Shown here one piece after another: positions 15,674 to 25,398 of a stretch of DNA of 64,000 nucleotides. Below the pieces are notes generated by a model, which made no database searches, was not told the origin of the DNA, and saw only the letters and a list, made by a program, of their open reading frames with translations. The position numbers were made by a program, and so were the translations under genes. Where the stretch lies: IMG/VR virus record IMGVR_UViG_3300017917_001342, positions 310,001-374,000 of that record. The stretch is one strand, 5' to 3'. Every line of letters starts with the position of its first letter. Within the stretch, counting starts at the first letter, position 1.

Positions 15674-18661
15674 TTACTTTGATGCTGCAATGTCGAAATG
15701 TTCAGGCCCGATTAGTTTTGCGTTTTTAACGTCATTGAGTTGAACCCAATAGTCGCGTGCTTGTTGGTCCTTAAAGAACTTATAATTTTTTGCACCATTA
15801 GCACTTTCAACTATAACGCCCCACGGAGTAGTAGCTTTAATTTGCGCAAAACGATATGCTTTTTGTTCTTGCTCAACTACAGCTTGCATACGACGATTAC
15901 TTTCTGCATTGATTGAACTGATTTTGTTCTCAAGTCCTTTGATCATTTTTTGCATTTCCATTATCTTCTTTTCGATAATGTCGCCTTCTAGACCTTGGCC
16001 ATGTGCAAGTACGTCTTTAGTTCTACCTTCGACTACCATTCTGGTAAATTCAGCACGGTGATCAGCTAGCTGGCCTTCTAAGATTTTTTTACCTTTTTCA
16101 GCTCTCAACAGCAATGTGTTTAGACGACTGATGCTTTCGTCTACTTTTTCAATGCCTCTGGCTATTTTATGTCCACGAGTGATTATTTTCTTTGGTAGAT
16201 CCTTAGCTGGTTTGTTTGGATCCAAACCAGCTTCTTTCTTAGCTTGCCACATGCCTATAGCATAGGGATTCTTTTCTTTCTTAGCCTCAGCAACTTTCTT
16301 AGCTTTTGCTTTGTCAGCAACTGCTTTCTTCATTGACTCTTTTTTGTTGCCATCTTTGTCCATATCAAGAAAATCTGGCTTGGCTTTTTTAGCTTCTTCT
16401 ACGCCTTCTTTCTTAACATCGCCAAACTTGTCTTTTTGCTTAGCACGGATTGCAAAGTCAATTTGCTTGACTTCTTTTTGCTCAGCAGCAGTACGAGTTT
16501 CTTTGTCCATTAGGGATTTACGACGAGCACGAAGTTTAGCAAGTGTCCAACCGTCCCACTTGCCTTTATCTTTTTCAGCAGTTTTCATTTCGGTGTCCCA
16601 CTTTTCACCTAGGCGCTTGCGGCCTTCTGCAAGTTCCTCGCCCGGTACAGGCTTTTTAGCACGACCTAGTGGTTCTTCACCGCCTGCTGCCGCTGGTGTT
16701 GTACCAAACCCTTCTGGTTCTTCAATTTCTGGCTCTTCGCCTGGACCTGCTACTGCTGGTACATTTTCAATATCTGTAGTACCTGCACCAGGTATACCGC
16801 CATTTTGAATAGCTAGTACGGCGTTGTCGCTTTGTTCTTTTGCTTCCTGTGTTGCAGCAAGTAATGTATCTAATTGTGCTTTCATTACTTCGTTATATGC
16901 ATCAGCAGCTTCTGGGCCAAACTGTGATTTCATTGTGTCAACCAATGGCATTAATTCATCAACACCCATACGTGCGATTTTTTCTGCCATTGATTGTAGA
17001 TCATCACTGATGCTTTTTGCTGCAATCAGTGTTTCTGCTTGCTGTAGATCCTGATCTGCAGAATCTAATGCTTCTTTAACTGTTTTCTTTTTACTACCTG
17101 CAAATTGGCTCATGTCTGCATCCTTTTGATGTTCTTTTGCGTTTGCGGCAGCAAAAAACATGCCGCGGTTAAATTTTGGATTTGTTTTAGCAAATACTTC
17201 AGCATGGTGTTTAGCCATATGATGTCTTGCAATTGGATCTGGATGTTTTTTTATTAAATCTGCAACGAGTTTAAAATCTCGTTTTGAGATTTCTTCCTTC
17301 AATCCATACTTTCTGCTTTCTTCTAGACTGAATCTATCAGCAGCATGACGTTCAAAGTTTTTGTAATCTAAATAGTGCTTTGCACTGCTGATACCTTCAC
17401 TAGCGGTGGTGAGTTTCATTGCTACCCAGCCTTCTAACTTATCACCGGGTTGAATCATGTGGAACAATTTAACACTGTATTCAAAAATTTGAATTAGGTT
17501 TTGTCTAGCAATTGTACCAGTTGTATCTTCTAACTCGTCTGCATCTTCATCTAATGCAGACAGGTCTGGTTGTACTGTAGATCCAGGTAGTTGTTCTGGT
17601 TCAAACTTAGTATAATAATCCAAGTAATGGAATATCTTGTCAAGATACATTGCGTCTTTAGTTAAGTTTGCAGCTATCCACGGCTCAACATCATCTTCGG
17701 GATGTATCATCTTAAGCATGTCCATTGCATACTTTGCATTGCGATACAGTTCGCTACGAGCCATACTGGCCTGGTAATCGTGGTGTTGCATATGATTTTC
17801 TGACAATTTAGATTTAACTGATTCGTGTACTTGATATGTTTTGCCGCCAACTGTGAACGAATCTTTGTGTGCAGCTCTTGCAGAAGCCAATGCACCCGAA
17901 AACTCGTTACCTTCTTCTACATCGGCATCGGAAATGTCAACTCCGTATTTCTGTGCCATGTTTACAAGATCTGGGAATTTAGAAGCAAATTCTGATGTGC
18001 TATCTACATCGCCCATAGACATTTCATCAACTTTATCAGTTGACAATAAATCTACCTCAACAGGTTCTCTGTTTGAATGATGTTTGTCGTAGAGCTTAAA
18101 CCCAACTCGCATTACATGTATGTTGTCTTTTGCAAGCTGGCGGTCATCTTCATCATTTAATTCGTTGTTAGCACGAGATTCGTAATCGGCAATGAGATCT
18201 TTTACAGATTGCCAACGACCCTGATCTCCTACATTGATGAGATCATCACCAATACGACCAAATCCATTTAATATTTTCAGCATTTTGTCGTCATTTGTTG
18301 ATGCACGTTCTGCAAAATCAATCAGCCAGCGTCCCACTCTGGCTGCTTTGTTGTCTACAGTATGCAAAGTACCTTCTTTAAGGTGTCTAGGCCGACGTCT
18401 TGGCGCAATTTCTTTGAGATACAAACGTGTAGCTTCTATGATAAGCATATGTTTAGCATAATCCGGATTTGAATACCACGAATTAAATGCAGATTCATTT
18501 ACTATGCTGTTTTTAAGAAGTTCGCTGCTGGTGCTCAAAGTTTCAATTTGATCATCGGATGACTCATCTAAATTCAGATCAAACCCGTGTACATGTTTAA
18601 GAGTATGCACAATTTGATTTAATCTGTGCGTCGCTGATGTGTTAACGTCGTCTACGAACAT
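15674..18661 (-). CDS. large charged modular protein, putative prohead core/internal head protein
   Basis: K/E/A-rich; duplicated ~55-aa module; DFLDMDKDGN motif; late promoter CTAAATA upstream (~18711-18717). Confidence 0.55.
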   Translation of the reverse strand: MFVDDVNTSATHRLNQIVHTLKHVHGFDLNLDESSDDQIETLSTSSELLKNSIVNESAFNSWYSNPDYAKHMLIIEATRLYLKEIAPRRRPRHLKEGTLHTVDNKAARVGRWLIDFAERASTNDDKMLKILNGFGRIGDDLINVGDQGRWQSVKDLIADYESRANNELNDEDDRQLAKDNIHVMRVGFKLYDKHHSNREPVEVDLLSTDKVDEMSMGDVDSTSEFASKFPDLVNMAQKYGVDISDADVEEGNEFSGALASARAAHKDSFTVGGKTYQVHESVKSKLSENHMQHHDYQASMARSELYRNAKYAMDMLKMIHPEDDVEPWIAANLTKDAMYLDKIFHYLDYYTKFEPEQLPGSTVQPDLSALDEDADELEDTTGTIARQNLIQIFEYSVKLFHMIQPGDKLEGWVAMKLTTASEGISSAKHYLDYKNFERHAADRFSLEESRKYGLKEEISKRDFKLVADLIKKHPDPIARHHMAKHHAEVFAKTNPKFNRGMFFAAANAKEHQKDADMSQFAGSKKKTVKEALDSADQDLQQAETLIAAKSISDDLQSMAEKIARMGVDELMPLVDTMKSQFGPEAADAYNEVMKAQLDTLLAATQEAKEQSDNAVLAIQNGGIPGAGTTDIENVPAVAGPGEEPEIEEPEGFGTTPAAAGGEEPLGRAKKPVPGEELAEGRKRLGEKWDTEMKTAEKDKGKWDGWTLAKLRARRKSLMDKETRTAAEQKEVKQIDFAIRAKQKDKFGDVKKEGVEEAKKAKPDFLDMDKDGNKKESMKKAVADKAKAKKVAEAKKEKNPYAIGMWQAKKEAGLDPNKPAKDLPKKIITRGHKIARGIEKVDESISRLNTLLLRAEKGKKILEGQLADHRAEFTRMVVEGRTKDVLAHGQGLEGDIIEKKIMEMQKMIKGLENKISSINAESNRRMQAVVEQEQKAYRFAQIKATTPWGVIVESANGAKNYKFFKDQQARDYWVQLNDVKNAKLIGPEHFDIAASK

Positions 18662-18745
18662 GATAAAAAACTCTCCTGGCAGGGACCGCCGAATATTGAT
18701 TTGCTAGGTTTATTTAGCGGAAGATAAGAGAATTTTAAGTCGATA

Positions 18746-19063
18746 TTATAAACTAAAGCTAGTACCGCAACCGCATGTGCTAGTTGCTTCTGGAATCTCT
18801 ATTGTAAAATATGCACCTGCAAGGTCATGTTTATAATCAACTGTAGCAGTATCTAACATTTGATAGCTCATGCTGTCGATTACAACAGGACCGGTGGCAG
18901 TTTCTACAAGAATGTCATCATCTGCAACTGCGGTTGTCCAGCTAAACGTTTTTTCAAAACCATTGCAGCCACCTGCTTTGATTTCAATACGAGGATTGCC
19001 GTTTGAAGTTTTACGTAATTCACCAAAGCGCAATGCAGCACGTTCAGTAATATTAATTGGCAT
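18746..19063 (-). CDS. iscA: HesB/IscA-type iron-sulfur cluster assembly/carrier protein
   Basis: GGCNG and CGCGTSF motifs (three conserved Cys). Confidence 0.9.
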   Translation of the reverse strand: MPINITERAALRFGELRKTSNGNPRIEIKAGGCNGFEKTFSWTTAVADDDILVETATGPVVIDSMSYQMLDTATVDYKHDLAGAYFTIEIPEATSTCGCGTSFSL

Positions 19064-19706
19064 TGTTCAATGCTCGCTTTAGTTCAGCTTTAGCAGACAT
19101 TGCTAAATCAAGTGCCTTTTGATACTTGGTAGCATAGATGTCTTCTTTAATCATGTTGCCGGTTTTTTCTGCTTTTCTGTGTGCTAACTTTGCAGATATT
19201 GCGTCAACTCTATGGCTAGTATAACGTGCATCAATTTCAAATAGATTACGAACTTTGATATCGTTAACAAATTTGTTGTTGTTTAACAGTTTAACAACAC
19301 CCAACGCAACTTCGTATAGAGTAATGTCATCTGCGATCACAGTACCGGATGTTGCGTGTTCTATTCTGTAATATTGTTTACCAGCAATTCTACGTTCGTC
19401 GGTCATTATTTCTATCTTATAACCACCTACATTTACTGCACGGTCGCTACGAGTAGTCATTATGTCCATCTTGGTGTTAACGTCGCCGTTGCTTTCTAGC
19501 ATAACCTGATGAGTAACTTGATTGAGTTTGCTAAGCACATCTGCCATTGCGTTAATTTCACGCTGTGTTACAACACCCGGACCTGCTAGCTCAACACCTT
19601 CTGTTATTGGTGCAGATCCAGAAGTAGACATAGCCGGCGGTGTTTCGCCGTTCATAATAGCCATCATTCTGGCCATTGCTTCGCGTTCTTCGTTACTAAC
19701 TACCAT
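19053..19706 (-). CDS. hypothetical protein
   Basis: 217-aa ORF, coupled to both neighbours. Confidence 0.7.
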   Translation of the reverse strand: MVVSNEEREAMARMMAIMNGETPPAMSTSGSAPITEGVELAGPGVVTQREINAMADVLSKLNQVTHQVMLESNGDVNTKMDIMTTRSDRAVNVGGYKIEIMTDERRIAGKQYYRIEHATSGTVIADDITLYEVALGVVKLLNNNKFVNDIKVRNLFEIDARYTSHRVDAISAKLAHRKAEKTGNMIKEDIYATKYQKALDLAMSAKAELKRALNNAN

Positions 19707-19936
19707 CAGTCTCTCTCCATGTATTCTATATCATTATAAGAGTAACACAGTTTACCTTCAATCATCACACGATCCAAAACTCCTCGAAAAACTAATTGTC
19801 TAGCAAGTTCTTGTTCGCGTTCATTGAGTTGTCGTTTGGGAAGAGGTTCACCGTTGCCTTTAACACGTTCCATAACTAGCATTTCATCATTGCTAATAGG
19901 AACCATCAAGCCACCAGTTATTTCAACAAATCTCAT
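19706..19936 (-). CDS. hypothetical protein
   Basis: 76-aa ORF with overlapping start/stop on both sides. Confidence 0.65.
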   Translation of the reverse strand: MRFVEITGGLMVPISNDEMLVMERVKGNGEPLPKRQLNEREQELARQLVFRGVLDRVMIEGKLCYSYNDIEYMERD

Positions 19937-20625
19937 TCTGTTGCCCCCGGTATAGTTGTAACACCAGATACGTTTTTCTGTACGTTTGGATTGGTCATAT
20001 CTTGTGCAGTTTTAATCAAGTCTGCACCCATAACTGCGATGGTATTGAGTGCTTGCACCTTTTGTCTACCCGCAACTGTTTGTGGCGGATTATCATTTAT
20101 AGTTTTACCTATAGTAGAAAGTATTGCACCGATAGTATACATTCTTGCAGCTTCGTCGTTGCCTTTGAATTGTGGCAAATTAGAAGCTTGTTGTACCATA
20201 CGATTTAGCATATCATCGCTTGCATCTTCTACAATGTACTGATCTTCGTTTGTGACAACAGTACCACTATGTTCAAGACCTGCTAATTGCATCATGCGAT
20301 TAATTGCTGGCATAGCAGTCACACCACCCATAACGCCTTCGTTTACTGATGATTTAGTTAATTTACTTTCGTGTACCATTGTTAAATGTCCGTTTAACAT
20401 AATTCCTACTGAATTACGTGGGCCTTGGGGTATTTTTATTGTTGTTTCTATATTTTCGTATATTACAGTTTCGCCTATTTCATATCTAGGTTGAATGCCT
20501 GCTCCTGCTACTTCACTTTGACTAAAATGATGTTTTGCACGTCTACTCCAACGATCATCAGTTGTACCATATAGGCCTTCTTCACCATCGAGATCAACTT
20601 GTGCAAATTTTTTAAGCTTTCTCAT
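19933..20625 (-). CDS. hypothetical protein, putative head-associated
   Basis: Contains INRMMQLAGL, a motif shared with two other ORFs in the window. Confidence 0.65.
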   Translation of the reverse strand: MRKLKKFAQVDLDGEEGLYGTTDDRWSRRAKHHFSQSEVAGAGIQPRYEIGETVIYENIETTIKIPQGPRNSVGIMLNGHLTMVHESKLTKSSVNEGVMGGVTAMPAINRMMQLAGLEHSGTVVTNEDQYIVEDASDDMLNRMVQQASNLPQFKGNDEAARMYTIGAILSTIGKTINDNPPQTVAGRQKVQALNTIAVMGADLIKTAQDMTNPNVQKNVSGVTTIPGATE

Positions 20626-20668
20626 GACATTCTCCTTTGAGATAGAATGATGTTAACTACTATTCATA

Positions 20669-20830
20669 TTATTCATATCTTGGTGATTTAATAGGAAACA
20701 TCGGTTTGTGCTGTTTATGCATATCAGGTTGTGGTTCAAGATCCTTTGACACTTTTTTCAATGTGCCATCTTTACGAACCCAAACTTTTTTTGTTCTAAC
20801 AATACTGTCGAATACTTCGTCTAGTAGCAT
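20669..20830 (-). CDS. small hypothetical protein (53 aa, not in the ORF track)
   Basis: MLLDEVFDSIVRTKKVWVRKDG...; AAGGAG RBS and AATAAATA upstream. Confidence 0.6.
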   Translation of the reverse strand: MLLDEVFDSIVRTKKVWVRKDGTLKKVSKDLEPQPDMHKQHKPMFPIKSPRYE

Positions 20831-20884
20831 AACATGCTCCTTGTTTGATATTTATTGAAAATTTGAAGACAATTAACATAAAAG

Positions 20885-20910
20885 AAAAAGGGCACACAAG
20901 GTGCCCTTTT
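20885..20910 (-). terminator. rho-independent terminator
   Basis: GGGCAC-N5-GTGCCC followed by TTTTTCTTTT on the minus strand. Confidence 0.75.
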
Positions 20911-20933
20911 CCTGTAGCATAATAGCGTATCTA

Positions 20934-21719
20934 TTATACGACTAGTGTACCTGACATCATGGTGCTCATTGCTACCATAGTGTTGGTTAGTGTTGCACTT
21001 GAAGTGTTCCAAGTACTTACGTATGGAGCAACAGTGTTTGATGTCGCATACTGGCTGTTTGTTGCAGCAGCAGTGCTGTTGCTTGAACCACTTAGAACCT
21101 GTGCGCTCTGAGTGTCGTATGCGAGCAAGCCGTCTAGGCCGCCGTAGAGTGTGTTGCTGCTAAGAATACCATAACCATTTAGGTTAGTGTTGTCATAGCT
21201 GGTACCTGCGTAGTTGCCGTTACCGTATGTTTCCCACTCGTTGTTCTTTTCAGTACTGACGTTAACAATGGTAATTGTCTTACCAGTTGTGTATGCAGAA
21301 CCAAATACACTAGAAACTGTACCGTTGTTGTTGTAGTAGCCAGCTTCTGCGAAGTATGTACTTGTGTTAGCATTGATTGTAGTACCGTTGATACTACTTG
21401 GAAGAACTTTGATACCGATTTGAACTGGGTTACCACGACCAGCGAATGTGCTGATCAAGTTGTCCATGTTGCGCTGCTTATAGAAAGCATCAAGGTAGCT
21501 GTTAAGTGTACTGTATGTGATTGCTGTACCTGCACCGTTAACAACTGTTACGTTTGTCCAGATGCCAAGTGTAGCATATACTTGGTAACCAGGTAGACTA
21601 GTTACTGGTGTATCTACGTTGGTTTGTGCAACTGGCACAACTGTAGCAAACGAGAACCACTGTGGTTGACCGCTAAGGAACGAACCAGCTTTTCTGTTGC
21701 CATTTACTAGGTCTGTCAT
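20934..21719 (-). CDS. putative structural protein (T/S/N/G-rich)
   Basis: Composition; own TATAAATA promoter (~21764-21771), GGAG RBS and downstream terminator. Confidence 0.65.
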   Translation of the reverse strand: MTDLVNGNRKAGSFLSGQPQWFSFATVVPVAQTNVDTPVTSLPGYQVYATLGIWTNVTVVNGAGTAITYSTLNSYLDAFYKQRNMDNLISTFAGRGNPVQIGIKVLPSSINGTTINANTSTYFAEAGYYNNNGTVSSVFGSAYTTGKTITIVNVSTEKNNEWETYGNGNYAGTSYDNTNLNGYGILSSNTLYGGLDGLLAYDTQSAQVLSGSSNSTAAATNSQYATSNTVAPYVSTWNTSSATLTNTMVAMSTMMSGTLVV

Positions 21720-21781
21720 TATATCTCTCCTGAGAATTTATGCAAAACTGCTTTGCTGAGATATTTATACCTAGAGGCAAA

Positions 21782-21991
21782 TTATTTAGATTTGCGGCTC
21801 TTTTTACGCTTAGTTTCGGTTGGTTGTGGAATATAGCCAAACAAACTAGGACGTCTGTTTATCGCGCTCATGGGATTTGCTACACTAGCTATACTACCTG
21901 CAGAAGTTGCACCGCCAGATGCACTTTCTATGATATCTATAATTTTTTTGTCTCTGTCGTTTGCAAATTCTTTGAGTTTCACGATAATCAT
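21782..21991 (-). CDS. small hypothetical protein
   Basis: IIESASGGATSAGSIA motif, basic tail; overlaps the upstream stop. Confidence 0.55.
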   Translation of the reverse strand: MIIVKLKEFANDRDKKIIDIIESASGGATSAGSIASVANPMSAINRRPSLFGYIPQPTETKRKKSRKSK

Positions 21992-23136
21992 TCCTTACGC
22001 ATAAAATGTGGTCTATCTACTAGTTTAATTTTAGCAGTTGGAGTATCTGCTACGTACCCTTCATGCCCTTGCTGTCCGTGCAATATTGCACCTATTGTAT
22101 TACCAACTTGTTTATCAACATTGCTACGTATATAGTCTTTAAGCTTCACTAATTGTTCTACTATTGTCCAAAGTGCATTATACCCGTGTTCATGCTGACT
22201 GATCCAGTCTAGCATATTTGCACGTTTGTTTTCTGTCAGTTTACTTTCAGGACTACTTATCCAGGTGATAAATCCGTGCTTAGCATCAGACACCCCTCGA
22301 ATTCCATGAGATGCTCTCTGTGCTAGATACTGTTTTAGTTTAGCACTTAGGTCTGACAGTTTAGCGGCACGCAGTTGATCAATATCTAAAAACGTATCTA
22401 TTTCAGACCTAGATCTAGTTATTAAAGTGTCTATTGCAGTTTTTATATTGTTTGGGACATGTACAACTTCTAGATCATGTATTTCAGGGCCCATTATGAC
22501 TAAACCTGCAATGTCTTTGAGACCCAATTTACTAACATTGCCTATTGCACGAGAATCGTCAACTGATTGATCGTCGAACTCGCTGTGTACAACAATGCCG
22601 GCAATGCTGTTGCTTATTTTGTTACCGAGCAAACTGTCAACCGGTATTGAATAGGTAATTTTGTTTGGTTTGAATACGTAGTTGCCATTGATTATTTGAG
22701 GTTTAGACGTCCAAAGTACGTCACCTTGCAGATAACCTTTGTAGTCGTCTGGTACTGCACTATCTAGTAATGGATACAATTTTGCTATGCTGTCTGCGTA
22801 TACTTCTCTACCAACTTCGTTTGGTTTACGCATAAACAGCATTTGTTGGACTTCAGCTTGGCTGCGTGGCATGCCGCCCGGTTTTTTGCTGTTAAATCCG
22901 CTCTTATCGGTCAATACCATACCAGGAGAATAATCTCTACCGAATATGATTGCAGGACTACCATCCCACTTAATGCTTACACTTCTAGGCTCTTCTGCTG
23001 CATGAATCATTGCAGCAAGTGCTTTTTTAGCACCTAAAGTCCCTTCGTCGAACACAAGATCTTCTGGATGATCAATTCGTGCTTTTGCTTCTGTTATAAA
23101 CCAACGTTGTGGTACTACAATATCTAGGTGCCGCAT
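21988..23136 (-). CDS. ATP-dependent ligase-like nucleotidyltransferase (DUF6267-like)
   Basis: IKWDGSPA (KxDG motif I), HEGYV (motif IV-like), KIKLVDR (motif V-like). Start is probably MRHLD at 23136. Confidence 0.55.
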   Translation of the reverse strand: MRHLDIVVPQRWFITEAKARIDHPEDLVFDEGTLGAKKALAAMIHAAEEPRSVSIKWDGSPAIIFGRDYSPGMVLTDKSGFNSKKPGGMPRSQAEVQQMLFMRKPNEVGREVYADSIAKLYPLLDSAVPDDYKGYLQGDVLWTSKPQIINGNYVFKPNKITYSIPVDSLLGNKISNSIAGIVVHSEFDDQSVDDSRAIGNVSKLGLKDIAGLVIMGPEIHDLEVVHVPNNIKTAIDTLITRSRSEIDTFLDIDQLRAAKLSDLSAKLKQYLAQRASHGIRGVSDAKHGFITWISSPESKLTENKRANMLDWISQHEHGYNALWTIVEQLVKLKDYIRSNVDKQVGNTIGAILHGQQGHEGYVADTPTAKIKLVDRPHFMRKE

Positions 23137-23198
23137 TGTTATCTGTCCGTGATATCTAAGTTGGTATAATAGCAAAATTTCAAAAACAATGCAAGACT

Positions 23199-23459
23199 TT
23201 ACTTTTCGTTTTTGAGTTCTTTTATCTTGCGAAGAAACTTCTTGTTATCTTCACTTACGATACTTCTGTGTAATCTTTTTACCAAGTCTTGAGCAACTTC
23301 GTCAGGATAGGTTTCTTTGATAAGCTGCACTAAATTGATAGCACTGGCAATAATATGACTAGCACGGCTTTCAATAACCGTGTGTTTACTCTTAGCAGGT
23401 ACGAACTTGTCAAGCTCATCAAGTAAACTGTTGATCTTATCGACCATTATGATCCTCAC
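23199..23459 (-). CDS. hypothetical protein
   Basis: 86-aa helical ORF with a late promoter CTAAATA upstream (~23473-23479). Confidence 0.65.
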   Translation of the reverse strand: MRIIMVDKINSLLDELDKFVPAKSKHTVIESRASHIIASAINLVQLIKETYPDEVAQDLVKRLHRSIVSEDNKKFLRKIKELKNEK

Positions 23460-23524
23460 TCGTTGCAGATTATTTAGCGGTAAATCTTAATCAGATAAAT
23501 ACCTTTAGCAGAGGTAAAAATATT

Positions 23525-23971
23525 ATGGATAACATTGAATCTATTAAATCATATAAAGACTTGATCAGTCGGTTAAATGAGGCTGAAGAAGAGCCTGCTG
23601 TTACACCACCAGCAGAAGAGCCTGCTGTTACACCCCCGCCGGAAGAAGAGCCTGCTGCTGCACCAGAAGCAGATACAGTTGACCAAGAACAAGACGACAA
23701 AGAAATTGAAGATGTAATGACATCTCCAAAGTCTGAAACTAAAAAGATATCTATTGGTACACTTGCATCTGATTTAGGTCTTGAAAATCCTGACATATTC
23801 AAATCTGCATTTAGACAACTTCGCAAAGGCGAATTACCAGACGACGAAGATGAAATGCGCGAATTGGGCGATGCATTTTTTAAAATAATGACCGCAGACG
23901 CATCTACCACACAAAGAGTAATAAATCGTCTGCGATCCATTTATCGTAAATCTTCTAAACCTAACGTCTAA
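23525..23971 (+). CDS. acidic hypothetical protein with EEPAVTPP tandem repeats
   Basis: GATAAATA promoter and GAGG RBS upstream; repeated gaagagcctgctgttaca. Confidence 0.65.
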   Translation: MDNIESIKSYKDLISRLNEAEEEPAVTPPAEEPAVTPPPEEEPAAAPEADTVDQEQDDKEIEDVMTSPKSETKKISIGTLASDLGLENPDIFKSAFRQLRKGELPDDEDEMRELGDAFFKIMTADASTTQRVINRLRSIYRKSSKPNV

Positions 23972-25397
23972 TTAAACTAGTCAACGACTGCAAATTCTGC
24001 ATGTTCTTAGCTAAATCCGATGTGGGTTTAGCCGTTGCAACCTGTCGTGCTGCTGCTGGTGTATCTGTTTGATCAGCAGTGTTTTTTCTACGCAATGCAT
24101 CAAACATATCTGCACCAGCAGCACTGGCCTGTAACTGATTTTGCTGTTCTTCGTCCAAATCAAATATACGCAGTGTATTTGGATCAAATCCTAAGAATAC
24201 TTTGCTTCCAACACCACTTGAACTACGAGTTTTTAAGAACTGTATTTGATACTGACCGCGCTCTTTCATTGCTGCACTAGCAAAGATACTGATCACGTTG
24301 TCTGCTGTTTGAACTTTACTCAAACCACCTGCAATATGACTGTGGTCATGTTCTTGTTCTTGCACTGCTGATCTGTTTAACTGAGATGCTGTGATCCCAA
24401 TCATATTGCGATCTGTACAAAGCCCTCTGAACTCTTCTGTAACAAACTTGTCTTTGATATTCAAGTTACTCGGATCAATTGCTTTGTTGTTTGGATAAAG
24501 AAGATCAAGATAATCTACTATCAACACATCGCAACGTTGTTGGGTTTCAATTTCATAGTTTTTGAGATATGCTTTGAGATCATTACAGGTGCTACCCTGT
24601 GGCAATTGTCTAACATGTAGTAAACCACTTGATCGTTGTGCTTGCTTAACTTTGAGTTCAACAGTGTCTAGATTCCTAAAGATTTCTTTACTGCCAACTT
24701 CAGTAAGCATACTGTCCATACGCATACTTGTCAGACCTTCGCTAAGTTCTAATGTGATATAAACCACGTTTAGCTTTTGCTTAGCAAGGTTTATACTCAT
24801 GTTTTGCAAGAACAGACTTTTACCAACACCAGAACCTGCTGCCCATATGGTTATCTCGCCTCGATTGATACCGCCATAGAGCTTGTCGTCAACTGATTTC
24901 CAGCCAGTGGTTACCTGTCCGTTTTTGTCTTTAATTTTCAATAGACGTTCGCGCGGATTTTCAAAGTAGTTAGTACCTATATCACTTTGCAGACTTATTA
25001 AGATTGCATCTCTAACTAGTTTTTCAACTTCGCCATAGTTACCTTTGTCGATGAGTTCAGTACTTGCCAACACTGCTTCTGCCAATGCACGATTTTTACA
25101 AAATTCTTCAATTTCTTTCAAAAACGCATCTTGGTGACCGTCTGTTATATTTTCGATAAAATCAAACTCAATACCAGTTTCTGCTTTTACCTGTATAAAC
25201 TTAGGCAATACTCGATATTCATCTGCATGTTTGAGAATATACCGCATAGCAGGTCGCAGTTTATTAACAAAATACTTTGCATTTAAAATGTTGACACAGC
25301 GAGCAAATATATCCTCACTGCTCAGCAACACGCTTATAAGCAACTTTTGTTTTTCTTCACCATATTGTATCGATTCTTGTTCTTCGCGCCTTGCCAT
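23961..25397 (-). CDS. gp41: replicative DnaB-like helicase (T4 gp41-like)
   Basis: AGSGVGKS Walker A, YITLELSE, IVDYLDL, TASQLNR, KTRSS. Confidence 0.92.
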   Translation of the reverse strand: MARREEQESIQYGEEKQKLLISVLLSSEDIFARCVNILNAKYFVNKLRPAMRYILKHADEYRVLPKFIQVKAETGIEFDFIENITDGHQDAFLKEIEEFCKNRALAEAVLASTELIDKGNYGEVEKLVRDAILISLQSDIGTNYFENPRERLLKIKDKNGQVTTGWKSVDDKLYGGINRGEITIWAAGSGVGKSLFLQNMSINLAKQKLNVVYITLELSEGLTSMRMDSMLTEVGSKEIFRNLDTVELKVKQAQRSSGLLHVRQLPQGSTCNDLKAYLKNYEIETQQRCDVLIVDYLDLLYPNNKAIDPSNLNIKDKFVTEEFRGLCTDRNMIGITASQLNRSAVQEQEHDHSHIAGGLSKVQTADNVISIFASAAMKERGQYQIQFLKTRSSSGVGSKVFLGFDPNTLRIFDLDEEQQNQLQASAAGADMFDALRRKNTADQTDTPAAARQVATAKPTSDLAKNMQNLQSLTSLIRR

Positions 25398-25398
25398 C

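Noticed and set aside
23588-23660. Short tandem DNA repeat as a possible array
   Set aside because: It is in-frame coding sequence for EEPAVTPP repeats, with no spacers.
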